Positions 26,380 through 38,219 of a DNA stretch of 64,000 nt are shown here, in pieces. Positions within the stretch are counted from its first letter, which is position 1; every line of letters starts with the position of its first letter. Under the pieces are notes generated by a model. The model was not told the origin of the DNA, ran no database searches, and saw nothing but the letters and a program-made list of their open reading frames with translations. Origin of the DNA: Camelus ferus (Eukaryota); contig NC_045698.1 in assembly GCF_009834535.1 (NCBI RefSeq), positions 12,898,001 to 12,962,000 of the forward strand, in the 5' to 3' direction. A program made the position numbers and the translations under genes.

Positions 26380-27800
26380 CTGTTCACATCCCTGATGAGC
26401 AGTCTTGCTGACAAACAATGGGGGAAGTGGTCAGGGCGCGGGAGTGCTGATGCAAGCTCGGCTGTGTTTCCACCTGCCACGAGCAGGCAGAAGATCACAA
26501 CAGATCGTGGCCTCTGCTCTTCCCAGAGGCCCCTGGTCTTTCATGCAGAGTATAAGAATGGCAACAAAATGCAGGGCTGTGCGTGCGCGTATGCATGTGT
26601 TTTCATTAGTAATTTTAACTTGCCAATTGGCAAATAAAAAATTTATGTGTTTGGTTGATTGTTCATCCCAATCTCATCAGAGTTACGCTGGTGACATATA
26701 CCTAAATCTTTTAGCATGTGTTTTAATGAAATGATGATTAAAAAAATACCAACATTTCTGACTATGAAAGATCAGCTTTTATGGGAAAATAGTATAAGAT
26801 TAGATCCTCTATCTGTTTGAATGTATACTTATTTTCCATAACAGTTACACTTCGTGAGAGGACTTACAAATAAGTTGAGATGTGAAAGGTACAGATTTTT
26901 TTTCCCTCGAGCAGCGTGGCTCTGGCGTTCACTGAGGAAGGAGTGTGTGTCTGTGGCATATGCGCATATATGAACGTGCAGAGAAGGCTTTCATGTGATT
27001 GAGCCTGAGGGAGTGCAGGTTTTGTACTAGGTCAGATTGATGCTCTCCCATATGGTCACTAACTAACTTGATAGACTCTCACCAGCCTCTGTTCCCATCT
27101 CCTGGGCTGGAGCTCATTTAACCAAAAGCATGATGAAGGCGACAAAGAGGGACCAGCTGAGCCTTAAAGCCTTTGTTTAGCCTAATAGATCAGGTTAGCG
27201 TTTTGCAGATGTTGGGTTTCCGAATCAATAATCCTGTTGACGGCACCTCCCAGCAGTAGCTATTAGACGACGTAATTTGGAATTTAATTTGCTTCTTAGG
27301 TTAAAGCAAACAAATCTCATTTGCAGTGTGAAATATCCAACATCATGAAAATAATGCCTTCTGTTTTGCTTTCTCACCCAAGGGCATGTTATAGAATAGA
27401 AGTCAAGGTCACTGTGACAGTCATCGCATTGCAGAGAACGCAGCCGCAGACTACGTTTTGAAAGCCTGTTTTTTTCCACTTATTAGGTTGTCACAAGTGG
27501 TAACCATGCTAGCAGAGGTATTTGTAGCTTTGTATTGTGTTAGGAGAAATAGAATTCCCCGATACTACAGCTGCACTTCTGATTTGTCATTTATTGGGAA
27601 TAAATAGAGGGTGGTATGCCCGTTGCCATGGAAACTAGTTCTACTTTTGAGCAGCGCAAGACCTTCAAGCGCGTTTGAAATTGCTTGCTTCTCGTTATGT
27701 CTCAGCACTGGAGAAGGTGTAGTGTGCAATTAAATAGAAGTGAAGGTTTAATTAAAAAATTAAATTACGTTTTCTGGATGGTCCTTTGTGTACAATAAAC
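26380..27800. promoter_or_regulatory. Candidate enhancer/regulatory block (repeat-poor, CpG-enriched)
   Basis: Many more CpGs than the flanks and no recognisable repeat. SOX-type AACAATG (~26414), palindrome TTGCCAATTGGCAA (26620-26633), RFX X-box (27622-27635). Confidence 0.4.
27622..27635. promoter_or_regulatory. RFX X-box motif
   Basis: GTTGCCATGGAAAC is 13/14 identical to the palindromic X-box GTTGCCATGGCAAC. Confidence 0.55.
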
Positions 27801-28489
27801 TTACGAGAGCTTTGCTGCTTGCAAAGCTGACTGGATGTGTATTTTGAAAAGAGAAAAGGATCATCTTCTTACTGCTCTGTGTGTGTGTGTGTTTGTGTGT
27901 GTGACATAGAGAGATATTCATGATGATCTTTCTCTTAGAAATTTGTTACAAAAATGCCAATTCCATCTAGAACATTCTGGAAATCTTGGTATGCAGGGTG
28001 ATAAAAAGAAAAATATATGTTTGGATTTGTTTGTAGGTTATAAATCAAGAGAGTTAAATATTATGCTGACACAAAAAATACAACATTTAATTGTTCAGAT
28101 TTTTAAAGGGCATCTTTTAAGGAAAATTAGTGAAAATAAGAAAATGCTGTATAGTCTGGCCCTGACATATTGTCATTTCAAAACCTATATGCCCATGAGA
28201 CAGTCAAAAGATGGGGAGTTTACATGACAGAAGCTAAAAGCAGGCTTATATTTTAAAAAGTGAAGTGTATTTTTCACGTAAAATGTGAGATTCCTTAGCA
28301 CCTGAAAATGAAAAAAAAATGTTGAAATGTTTATTTAGTCTTATGTATCAGTTATATAAGTTGTCCCAGAAATAGAAATACAGATTATTCAAAGATGATC
28401 GGGGGATCATTTTACTTATAGCCAAATGTGAAAACCTCACCTTTTTACAGCTCTCTATGATACACAGGGCTTCCACACACATCACACAC

Positions 28490-28630
28490 ATTGTTTCAGG
28501 TGCTCTCTCAACAATTCCAAAGTAACAGTGTAGCAGCTTTTATCTCCATTTTATGTATAAGGGACTTGCTTAAAGTTGCTCAGGTATCTATGGGACCCGG
28601 GAGTCAATGTCTTCTGACTTCTAGCCTTAT
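28490..28630 (-). mobile_element. MIR SINE fragment
   Basis: TTATCTCCATTTTATGTATAAGG ... GACTTGCTTAAAGTTGCTCAG ... TCTTCTGACTTCTAGCC. Confidence 0.55.
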
Positions 28631-29330
28631 GAACTTTCCCTTTTTAGAATGGTATGTCCTATCAGACTAAATTTACGAAACATACTGTTGTCTCTTGAGG
28701 AAGGTATTACAAAATATTTAGGGATACAATTTAACTGCTCTTTGGACTTACAGAAAGTATGCGCCAGAGTGTGATTTTAAATCAAGTTTTCTCATCTTCT
28801 AAGCATCCTACTGTATATATTTATTTATTTTATTTTTTTGGAGGTTTAAAGTGAGTTTTCTGGTTAATTCATATTGTTCAGCCCTATTTGCCATGATGCA
28901 GTTTTTATGTAATTGAAATATTCCTCCTGTAATGACACACAGGATAGTTATTTTTGCACTGATGACATGTCCAGTTAAGCGGGAGTTATTTATGGTTAGC
29001 CATTGTCTGCTCAATCAATCCCCTACTGGTGATGAGCCCTTGTGGCAGTGGAGCCCCATCCTATAAAAAGGTTCTATGGAGAATTAGAAAAAGAGTTCTC
29101 TGTGATAGCAGGAGCTTCGTTGGTAGTGAGCAGCTGCTGGCCCAGCAGTCCTGGGACTTCCATGAGGCTGCTATGAATATGTTCACAGCATGCTGAGGCT
29201 GGTTCCATGCTGCTACGATGCTGCATCGCCAAATCCTGTCTGCTGGAGAGGGCGGGCTTCATCCTATTTAATACAGAGCCTTTCTTAAAGGAGATATTTC
29301 ACTTCTGTTAAATAAAAATTATGCCCTTCA

Positions 29331-29474
29331 GCTATATTCAGTATCTTGTAGTAACCTATAATGAAAATGAATATGAAAGGGAATAAATGTATGTATATGT
29401 ATGATTGAAACATTATGCTGTACACCAGAAATTGACACAAAATTGTAAACTGACTATACTTCAGTGAAAAAAAA
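29331..29474 (+). mobile_element. Short L1 3' end, probably carrying a 3' transduction to 29672
   Basis: Matches the reverse complement of 161-305 (CTATATTCAGTATCTTGTAGTAACCTATAATG ... ACATTATGCTGTACACCAGAAATTGACAC) and ends in A8. Confidence 0.88.
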
Positions 29475-30169
29475 GAAGCTATTTTTTCAGCCGATCACAG
29501 TCACTTTTGGGATTAGATACCCTACCTAAGAGAGTTTAGATGCCTATATTTCTCTTCAAATTTCTGTGTAAGTCTAATTAACCATATATCATAAAAAATA
29601 AAAAACCTAGACTGATCATAGGATGTTAGCTAATATGGAAAAAATAAAATAAGTTGGGTTTCCTTAAAAAAATTATGCTGTTCAATGTATAATCCATGCT
29701 TTCATAATATCTCTACAGAATTTAGCACTTGGAAAAAATTATGTGAGTTCTTTTTTGTTCTTGTCAAATGTGAAGATTCTCTTCTATCATAGATCACTGG
29801 TTAAGTAGCTAGATTTCAAGAGGAAAAAAAGGGGGGATCTTCTGTGAAATTTATTTCAACACCTATTGTCCAAGTTTTGGAATGTACAGATTTAACAAAA
29901 TGTTAGCTCAGGTTTGAGATGACAGTCATGGCCAATGTCAACAAGCTTCAAAGCATGGAAGTCTGAGTTATTCTTTGGTGAAGGGAGATTGACCAAAGCA
30001 CCAGGCACCCAAGGATTTCACACTGGTACCAACCCTCGTGCTCCTGAATTCTCCAAGCTGGTACTCTGACCTCAAATGGCGAAAGCTTGCTTGTCAAAAT
30101 TTTTACACTGATTCCACGCAGGAAGCTAATGTAGAAATCTGAATAGGTTGTATGCATTTTCTTCATAGT

Positions 30170-31610
30170 AACCGTTAAATGAACTGTAAATTGTCCATAG
30201 AAAAGAGCACAAATTATAAGTGTACACCATTCAATGAATTTTAGAGAGTGCATAATCTATGTAAGTAGTACTGTGGACAACACAAAATACTACTCTTACT
30301 CCTGTAGACTCTCCTGGAGCCTTCATGCCACTGTCAACACCAAGGATAGCCAATGTATGATCTTCTAACAGCATAGATTAGATTTGCCAAGTTTTGAACT
30401 TTATATAAATAGAGCCATATTTTTGTGTTTGGCTTCTTTCACTCGATGCTACGTCTCTGAGATTCATCCATGTTTTTGTGACTAGTTGTAGCTGGTTCGT
30501 TTCTATCACTGCACGGTACGTTGTCATGTGAGTGTATCCCTATTCACTTAACCATTGTTCTGTAGATGTTTGTAGGTGGTGTTTCTAGTTTGGGACTGCT
30601 ATAAACATTCCAGTACAAGGATTTGGTGAGCGTATCTACTTATTTCTGTTGGGCATGTATGTAAGTTCATTAAATTGGTATGTAGATACTGCTGAATTGT
30701 TTTCCCAAGTGGCTGGACAATTGCTCCACATGTCGTTAATATGCAGTTTTGACTGCACTTCAATTTTAGCTATCTGAGTGGGCGTACATGTACCGTATTG
30801 CAACTTTAATTTTCATTTTCCTGATCACTAATAAAATAATGTTTCATATGTGTGTTGGCCATTCATGTTTTTTTGAAGTGGCTGTTCAAACATTTGAATT
30901 TTTCTATTAACTTGACTGCCTTTGCCTTATTGTTTTGTTGATATTGTTTTTATAGTCTCAGTTTGTTTATTTTTTTTTCTAATACATGTTTTGTTACTAT
31001 TTCTTCCCACTCAAAAGCCTGCCTTTTTATTTTCATAATGTGATATTTTTTTTCTCATGGCTGGAACTTTTTTAACTTCTATTTAAGAAATCTTTAAGAT
31101 TATTTAAGAAAACCACCCTGTTTTTTTCTAGAAGATTTCTTGTTTTAACATTTCACACTTAGATCCACAATAAGTCTCAATTGATTTATTGGTAAGTGGT
31201 TTGGTCTTAAAAAATCTGCAGATGTTTTTCTGTTGCATTACAGTGTCATCTTTGTTATAAATCGATTGATCATATATGTGTGGGTTTGTTTCTATACTGT
31301 CCGTTTGATTCTAATGGACTCTTTGTCATTTCTCCAATACCTTCCTGCCTTCATTGCTATAAATCTTTTCTGACTCTTTCTATATGGTAGTGTCAGTTTT
31401 CAAACTTTGCTCTTCTTTTTTTTTTTTAAAAGATTTTCTAGACTATTTTGACTCTTTGTTTTTTCATACAAATGTTAAGTTCAGAGTGTCAATTTCCACA
31501 AAACAACTTGCTAGAGTATTTATTCAGATTGCTGTCATCAATAAGATGAATTTTTGAGGAACTGCTATCTTTACAATCTGTGAGCATTTTACATACTCCA
31601 TTTATTTAAA
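30170..31610 (-). mobile_element. Old L1 (L1ME-type) 3' region
   Basis: T-rich antisense L1: AAGTGTACACCATTCAATGAATTTT, TGAGATTCATCCATGTT, TTCATATGTGTGTTGGCCATT. Confidence 0.75.
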
Positions 31611-31639
31611 TGGTGGTAACTTAAAGAATAATCCTTTAA

Positions 31640-32850
31640 ATAAATTACTCTGTGCCAGTTGAATAGCCATGTGGATAAAAACAAACTTTGACTTCTGTAC
31701 ATTAAAGCTTCACACTGTGCATCAAAGCCAATTCTAGATGCATTAGATTAGAATGTTATTAGAAGTGAATGCTCAAATTGAAAAATTACATTTCTATAGA
31801 ATAATACTTGTGACTACATTTATGACCCTGAGATGGGAAAAGTTGAGTACAAAACTGTTTCTTAAACAGGACACCAGAAACACTAAATAAAAGGAAAAGA
31901 ATGAGTCAATGATCCTGACAAACTTAATTTAATTTTATCAAAATACAACATTAAGTATGTAGAAGTGAGGGGAAAATAGTTTGAATATATATTACCAAAA
32001 AAGGGCTCATGTCTGGAAAATATAAAACATTCATTCAAGTCAATTAGAAAAATATTACTCAATAGGGAATTGGAGGAAAACTTTAATACATGTTTGCAAA
32101 AGAGAACAATCACGTGTCCAATAAAGATGTGAAAAAGTGCTCATCTGCGAAAAGCAAAATAAAACTTTTTTTTCATTGTCAATAAATAGTGTTAATTATC
32201 TGTCAGAATGATGAAAATAAAAAAGAATGTTAATATCAGGAGTCGGAAAAGATGTGGGGCTATGGGAGCTTTCTCATGCACAACTGTGGGAATTTCTTTT
32301 GATAAAGTCACATTGGAAAACTGACTTTACCTCTTCGAGTTGAACATACACAATCATTAAAGCCCAACAACCCATCCACAAATATTTACCCAGGACACAG
32401 CCACACAGACACATCCACAAATCATGAATGAGGATTACAACATGAATTACTTTTACCAAAGAACAAAAACATCTCCAATGTACTTCAATACTAGAAGAAT
32501 TAAAACACATTCATACAACAGGATATCATATGAATAAGGAAAATGAATGAATGATTCTTACAAGTAATAACATAGATGAATATGGGAAATATAATTGTTG
32601 AAAGAAAGAAGCCCAATCCAAAAGATTAATACTGGTATGACTGGATGTATATTAAGCTCAAAAAACAGGCAAAGCTAATCTACGATTTTAGAAATCAGTA
32701 TAGTCATAATATTTAAGAGAGGGGCAGGAAAGAAGTGTCTGCAATGCTGCTTTAACTTATTGATCTAGGTGGAGGTTACACAGGCTTGTTCACTCTGATA
32801 ATACACTGAACTGTGTGTCTGTGATTGGTGCAATTTTTCTAAACATCATT
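31640..32850 (+). mobile_element. Old L1 (L1ME-type) 3' region
   Basis: AATAGCCATGTGGATAAAA ... AAAAACAGGCAAAGCTAATCTA ... GGTTACACAGGCTTGTTCACT. Confidence 0.75.
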
Positions 32851-32999
32851 AAAGATATTAATGTATATTTACATGTTTATTAGATAAATTTATATATATA
32901 TATGTTTATGTATTTCTCCATTGTATGTGTTCAGATACAACACTGAACAAAACAAAATGAGTTTCTCTGCTCTTGGAATATACTTTCTTACAATCATTT

Positions 33000-33270
33000 T
33001 TCCCTCAGCTTTATCGAGATATAAGTGACATACAATCTTGTGTAAGGTTAAGATGTACACTGTGTTGATTTGATACACTTGTATATTGCAAAATGATTAC
33101 CACTATAGTGTTAGCTAACATTTTCATCATCTTATAAATTATCATTTCTTTTTGTGATGAAATCTGCTCTCAGCATCTTCAAGTATATACTCTATTATTA
33201 ACTATAATCACCATGTTGTACATTAGATGGTTAGAATTTATTCATTTTAGAACTGGAAGTTTGTACCCTT
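33000..33270 (-). mobile_element. L1MA-type 3' end
   Basis: CAGCTTTATCGAGATATAAGTGACATAC ... TTATTAACTATAATCACCATGTTGTACATTAGAT ... ACTGGAAGTTTGTACCCTT. Possible TSD CTTACA(A/G)TC. Confidence 0.85.
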
Positions 33271-36119
33271 ACAGTCTTATGTGGCTGCATAAATATCTAG
33301 GAAAGTAAGTCTAGACTTCAGGATAGTGACTGAATCAGAGGAAAATTTGAAGGCATTAGATTAGATTAGATTAGAGAGAAAAAATAAAAGAGAACCTGAA
33401 TCACAGATCAAATGCCTCATATTGCAAAATGTTAATTCTGTTGATTTACAAACTTGTTAATTCATGCTGAAGTTTTATCTGTAACTATGTTCTCCTAATT
33501 TTTCTACCAGAGTCAACAACTTATATGTAAAAAAAAAAAAGTAAGATATTTTCTAAACACTGAGAGCACACAAACAAAACAAGATAAAACATACAACACA
33601 CAGTGTCTTAAGGCTCTCACCATCTAGTTTCAGAGTCACAAATAGATGAATTGTGATAAAAGCTTTGATTTGACAGAGAGTCATAGGAGAGGTAAGCAGG
33701 AACCATGATCCTAAAATCTCTTGAGAGCAACATTATGGGAAGTTAACATTGTCTAAGAGTAATTGAAGTTCAAGCAGCATCGCCCTTCTGTCTAGAAATG
33801 CCTCAGCTGACTGTACAGCATGAGGTGAACCGGACAGAAAGAGCATAGGACCAATGGACATGAAAAGGAAAAGCTCCAGCGGACATCAAAGAGATATGTG
33901 ACAAATTTCAGAACTACAGTAGTGATGGTGGGAAGATAAGGATTTGGAGTCTGATGAGAAAAAGGAAACACTGGACACTATATATGATGATTGATTGAAT
34001 GTGAGCATTTGAAGTAGATAATGCAGTCATGAAAGATGTCTAGACTTACGAAGTCAGCCATCAGAGTAGAGAAGGAATCTTGACAAAATTCAGTGGAAGG
34101 ACTCTGCCTCAACCTTGCCTTCATTGTTGAGGTCCAAAGCTTAGAGAGAATAAGATATAATTCTTGACCAAAAAAGGTTTTCCATCCAATGAGATTCAAG
34201 TTGTATTATTAACAATTGTTTTATTTCCAATTCACAAAACAATAGATGATTTAGAAGGACAAAAATTGTTCTATGAAACATTAATCTCTGTGGCCCTTGG
34301 TTTATGTTCTTGCAAAAGGGTACTAATGTCTGAGGGATGTGGGAAAGAAGATTCCCCTGTCTCATTAAATAATTATATTTTTAGTCCCTTTTGAATATTA
34401 ACCTGCCTGATCTACTTCATGAAATAAATTTTTCTAAGCCCTCAATTTTGATATTACTTTAAAACATTTAAAGGTTGTGTTGGTCCCACCCACCTTAGCA
34501 CACACAGTAGAAGAAAAACAAAGCCTTCTTTGGGCAGTTTATTTTGATATTTTGTTGTACAATCTTAACGGTTGCAAGCACAGGACTCAAAGTTATTTAA
34601 AAGACTTTAGTTTTTTTGAGTTTTGTATTCTCTGACTGCTACAGTAACTACTTTATTCACACTTTTTGAAGAAACAAAAGACTTATACCACAATGCTTGC
34701 TAGCACATGTGTGTTTCATTTGACCTCATACTAGACAAGGTAACTATTCAAATGAACTATATTTTTAAAGCAAACAATAATGTGCAATAATGCATGTGTC
34801 TTATTAAATGCAAAAGTGTTTGTTTAATATAAAAATCATTTATCTAATAAATTAATATTCAGCTGAAACAATTTTGAGATAATTATGATTTTTGGATCAA
34901 TAATACACATGCATCAGTCTGTTCAATAATTTGCAACTTTTACTTTAAGAGTTTAAAGTATTAAACCCTTTAAACACAAAGTATTTCCTTCTCCAAACAT
35001 TACTGGTTGTAATGCAGACATTTACCAGGCAACCTATCTTTCGGCACTGAATAAAATGTGACCTATTCAAATAAGGTAGCACAAATGCTAAGCTCAATCA
35101 TGAATGACATAATTCTAGAGAACCACTTAAAATATTATCTATTTATTTTACACTGAGTCCAAATGAGCAAGTACACAAATGAGGAGATCATTTCAATAAG
35201 GAAGAAAGTTGAACATTTACAGAATAACTCTTATGGAAAATTATACAAAGTGATATGCCATGTGTTAACTGAACATTAGTTAAATATTTTAATTATATAA
35301 ATATTTGGTTTTATTTTATGATATTTAAGGAGTAAGCTTTAATATATTTACGTACTTAGAAGTACATGATGGGAGATATTGCAGCTAGGGTTCCCCCATC
35401 CACGTATCCAGTTCTCAGCAATTCAAGATGAGTTCAAGCCGACAAGGCAATTCCATTATCCTTTGATGGATACATATTTTTCTAGCTGATTAAACTTTAT
35501 GCAAGTAAGTAGAATTTAGGAGTACAAAATGGATGATCAAGAAATTATTAATATCCATATCTTTTAGTTTTTTACTCATTTAAAAGTAATAAATTCATTT
35601 CTTTTAAGTAACTGATTTTAAGCTGTAATTCCACTTAGCAAAATCAAACATACATATTGAAAGCCCTATTTACTTTCATTTTTCAAAAACTTTATGTTTA
35701 GTTTTCTAAAATGATCAACTGAAGAATCCAGATGGGTGATAGAAATTTGTTTCATTATTTTATGTGACTCATGCTTAAAATTGCTCATTATCATTTTGCC
35801 CTTTTCTAAAGAACAATAAGGACATATGAGTCCCATTTTGACCAAATAGTTGAGTGACTAACCCAGGATTCACTTGTCAGTTTTATCAACAATGTTTTAA
35901 ATAAATTATATATTCAGTGAATGCCTTAGACATTACTTAAAGTAGTAAATCAATCTCTCACTATAAAATAGTTTATCTTAGGAGGTGATTACTTGTCGCA
36001 GCCACTGTTGGTGAAGTATCTAGCATACAATTCTTTCTATCTAACAGAAGTGTAATTTTGTTTGGGACTTACTCATACCCAGACAACCTATAGAGCTCAT
36101 GGTAATAAAAAAAAACTTC

Positions 36120-36310
36120 ATTGTAATAGCTATGCTATGGAGCTCTGATGTGTGCCAGGTCAGTTTTATGCACTATAAATGTAGTTAAACCTCACAAACT
36201 CTATGAGATACTATGGTTCTCTCTAATCTACTGAGAGGTTGAAGTAATCTACCATGATTTCACAGGTAACAAGTAACAAAGCTGCGGTTCTAACCCGAGG
36301 ACAGCCAAGG
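36120..36310 (-). mobile_element. MIR SINE
   Basis: GTGTGCCAGG ... AACCTCACAAACTCTATGAG ... GAGAGGTTGAAGTAATCTACC ... GGTTCTAACCCGAGG. Confidence 0.65.
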
Positions 36311-36960
36311 TCAATGTGACTGCTGCCCACTCCAGCTGCAAAGATGCGCTCTAATTTTCTAAAACCAGTTTTAGTAAGGACTTGCCAAAGATTGGAACAC
36401 AAACCCAGTTTTCAACCATTAGGGATAAAACATTCCACTAGAGACTCTTAGCAGTACAGAGATTGGTTCTGACTTTGAATAGTCCAATCAGTTTCACTGG
36501 GAAGAAAAATCCTAAAGAGAAGATACTCCTTCTGGGCTTAAATTTCTCCCTCTCTCTCACTGGCCATGGAAAGGAAGTATGTTGTCGAAGGACAGTCAAA
36601 ACCAACATTCTTTACCCACGTGAAGGATGTCACACTTACTCTTGTGAGAGGTTCCTCTATGTTGGGAGCCTAACAATGGAACTGAACTCTCAGCTAAAAG
36701 TTGTCATGAGATTTCCCAGACAACCTTGTAATATTGATATCTTGCTGACCTTTACAATGATCTGTAATTGGACTATGCCCATATTCTTTTCTGTAAGATT
36801 TCTTAGTTTTGACAAATATATAAAGATATGATAGACTCTTTTAAAGGTTATAGAAATTTTTAAGGGGAAGATAGTGAGCTAACATGAACAAAGCATTTTA
36901 CTAACACTAATGATCAATGTAGATTACTAAAAATGATTTTATAATAAGAAGGGAAACAGT

Positions 36961-37113
36961 GGGGGAGGGTATAGCTCAAGTAGTAGAGTGCATGTTTAGT
37001 GTGCACAAGGTCCTGGGTTCTATCCACAGTACCTTCTCTCAAAATAAAGAAATAAATACACCTAATTACCTCCCCACCCAAAAACAAATAAGCCAACCAA
37101 CCGAAAAAAGAGA
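36961..37113 (+). mobile_element. tRNA-Ala-derived SINE (vic-1-like)
   Basis: GGGGGAGGGTATAGCTCAAGTAGTAGAGTGCATG...GGTCCTGGGTTC. TSD AATAAGAA(G/A)GGAAACA at 36943-36958 and 37114-37129. Confidence 0.93.
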
Positions 37114-37439
37114 AATAAGAAAGGAAACAACTTAGTTCTGAGAACATGTATGTTATTATAACAACTGACTAGAAATTCTTCATGTATAATTATATATCTG
37201 GAATATTAGCATGTTAGACTTCTTGGAAAGAAAATATTAAAATAGTTATTGTGCATAGAGTGAATAACCTTGCTAGTTTTTAATGGGTATATCATACAAC
37301 TCTCTTTTTCTTCTTTGCAATGTGATCTGCAAATTAAAGCAGATATTTTTAACTGCTTTTGTTTTCTCATCATCTAAATTAGACCAGGTGTGGAGGTGTG
37401 TGTCCTACAGTACAGTTTCTCAAGTGCAGCCCCTTTAGA

Positions 37440-37720
37440 TTGAAAGACATAACTGAAATAGATAAAGTATCTGCCTCCCCTTGTGTCAAAAACCCAACAG
37501 ATAATGGTTGGATAAGAATAGGATCATGACTATGGATATTCTCATTCAAAAATGGGGAACACAAGAGGCACACAGGAGTGGCTATTCCATAGTGCTTTTG
37601 AAAACTTGCTGGGCATTTCTTTGCACTTTCTTGATTAGAACTCAGTCCTTCTGCTCTCTAGTAATAATTCTCCATATCTCTTGTCTCCACCCTCTAGGGT
37701 TACACCGTCTCAGCTCTTAA
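37440..37720 (-). mobile_element. MaLR (MLT1-int-like) internal fragment
   Basis: ATAATGGTTGGATAAGAATAGGAT...GATATTCTCATTCAAAAATGGGGAA resembles the MaLR internal consensus. Confidence 0.45.
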
Positions 37721-37761
37721 GTCATTCTTCTTTCCTAAATGATATTTTACAGATGAATAGG

Positions 37762-38219
37762 TATTATCAACAAAAAAATTAATAACCAATCTAAGAGAGA
37801 AATAAAGAATTTTATTCTAGCCAACCTAAGGTTTATAACCCAGGAAATAGTTTTTCAGAAAGCTCTGAGGACTGTTCTGAAGAGATAAGAGGGGAAGCCA
37901 GTATATATGTGATTTTTGGGAAAGGGAGACGTGCATTCAATAATTCATCTCAGTAGAAGGCCTCCTTTATTTGCAAAGAATGGGTATCTTATTTAATGGT
38001 TTTCTAAGTATGGGATGATGCAAGAAACTGGGTTTATAAAAGTTTCTCCTGAAAATATCTAACTATCTGAGAGCCAGTTCTGCCAGTTTTCTCACAGCAC
38101 AAAGTGCCTCATTCTGATTTTGACCTTGAATTTCTTTCAGAGTGTATTCCAGGTCAATAATTTGGCCAATGATTTGATCCTTGTAGAACCGGATGGCAGG
38201 CAACTTTCTTTATTTTACA
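37762..38219 (-). mobile_element. MER41-like ERV1 LTR (3' LTR)
   Basis: CAGAAAGCTCTGAGGACTGTTC...GAAGCCAGTATATATGTGATTTT and TTCTCCTGAAAATATCTAACTATCTGA resemble laurasiatherian MER41-like LTRs. On the minus strand a polypurine tract AAAGGGATGAGAC directly precedes TGTAAAAT at 38219. Confidence 0.75.

Noticed and set aside
27702..27720. REST/NRSE-like TCAGCAC..GGAGA
   Set aside because: Spacing and right half-site do not fit TTCAGCACCnnGGACAG.
29063..29069. TATA box (TATAAAA)
   Set aside because: Frequent by chance in AT-rich DNA; no supporting promoter or first-exon evidence.
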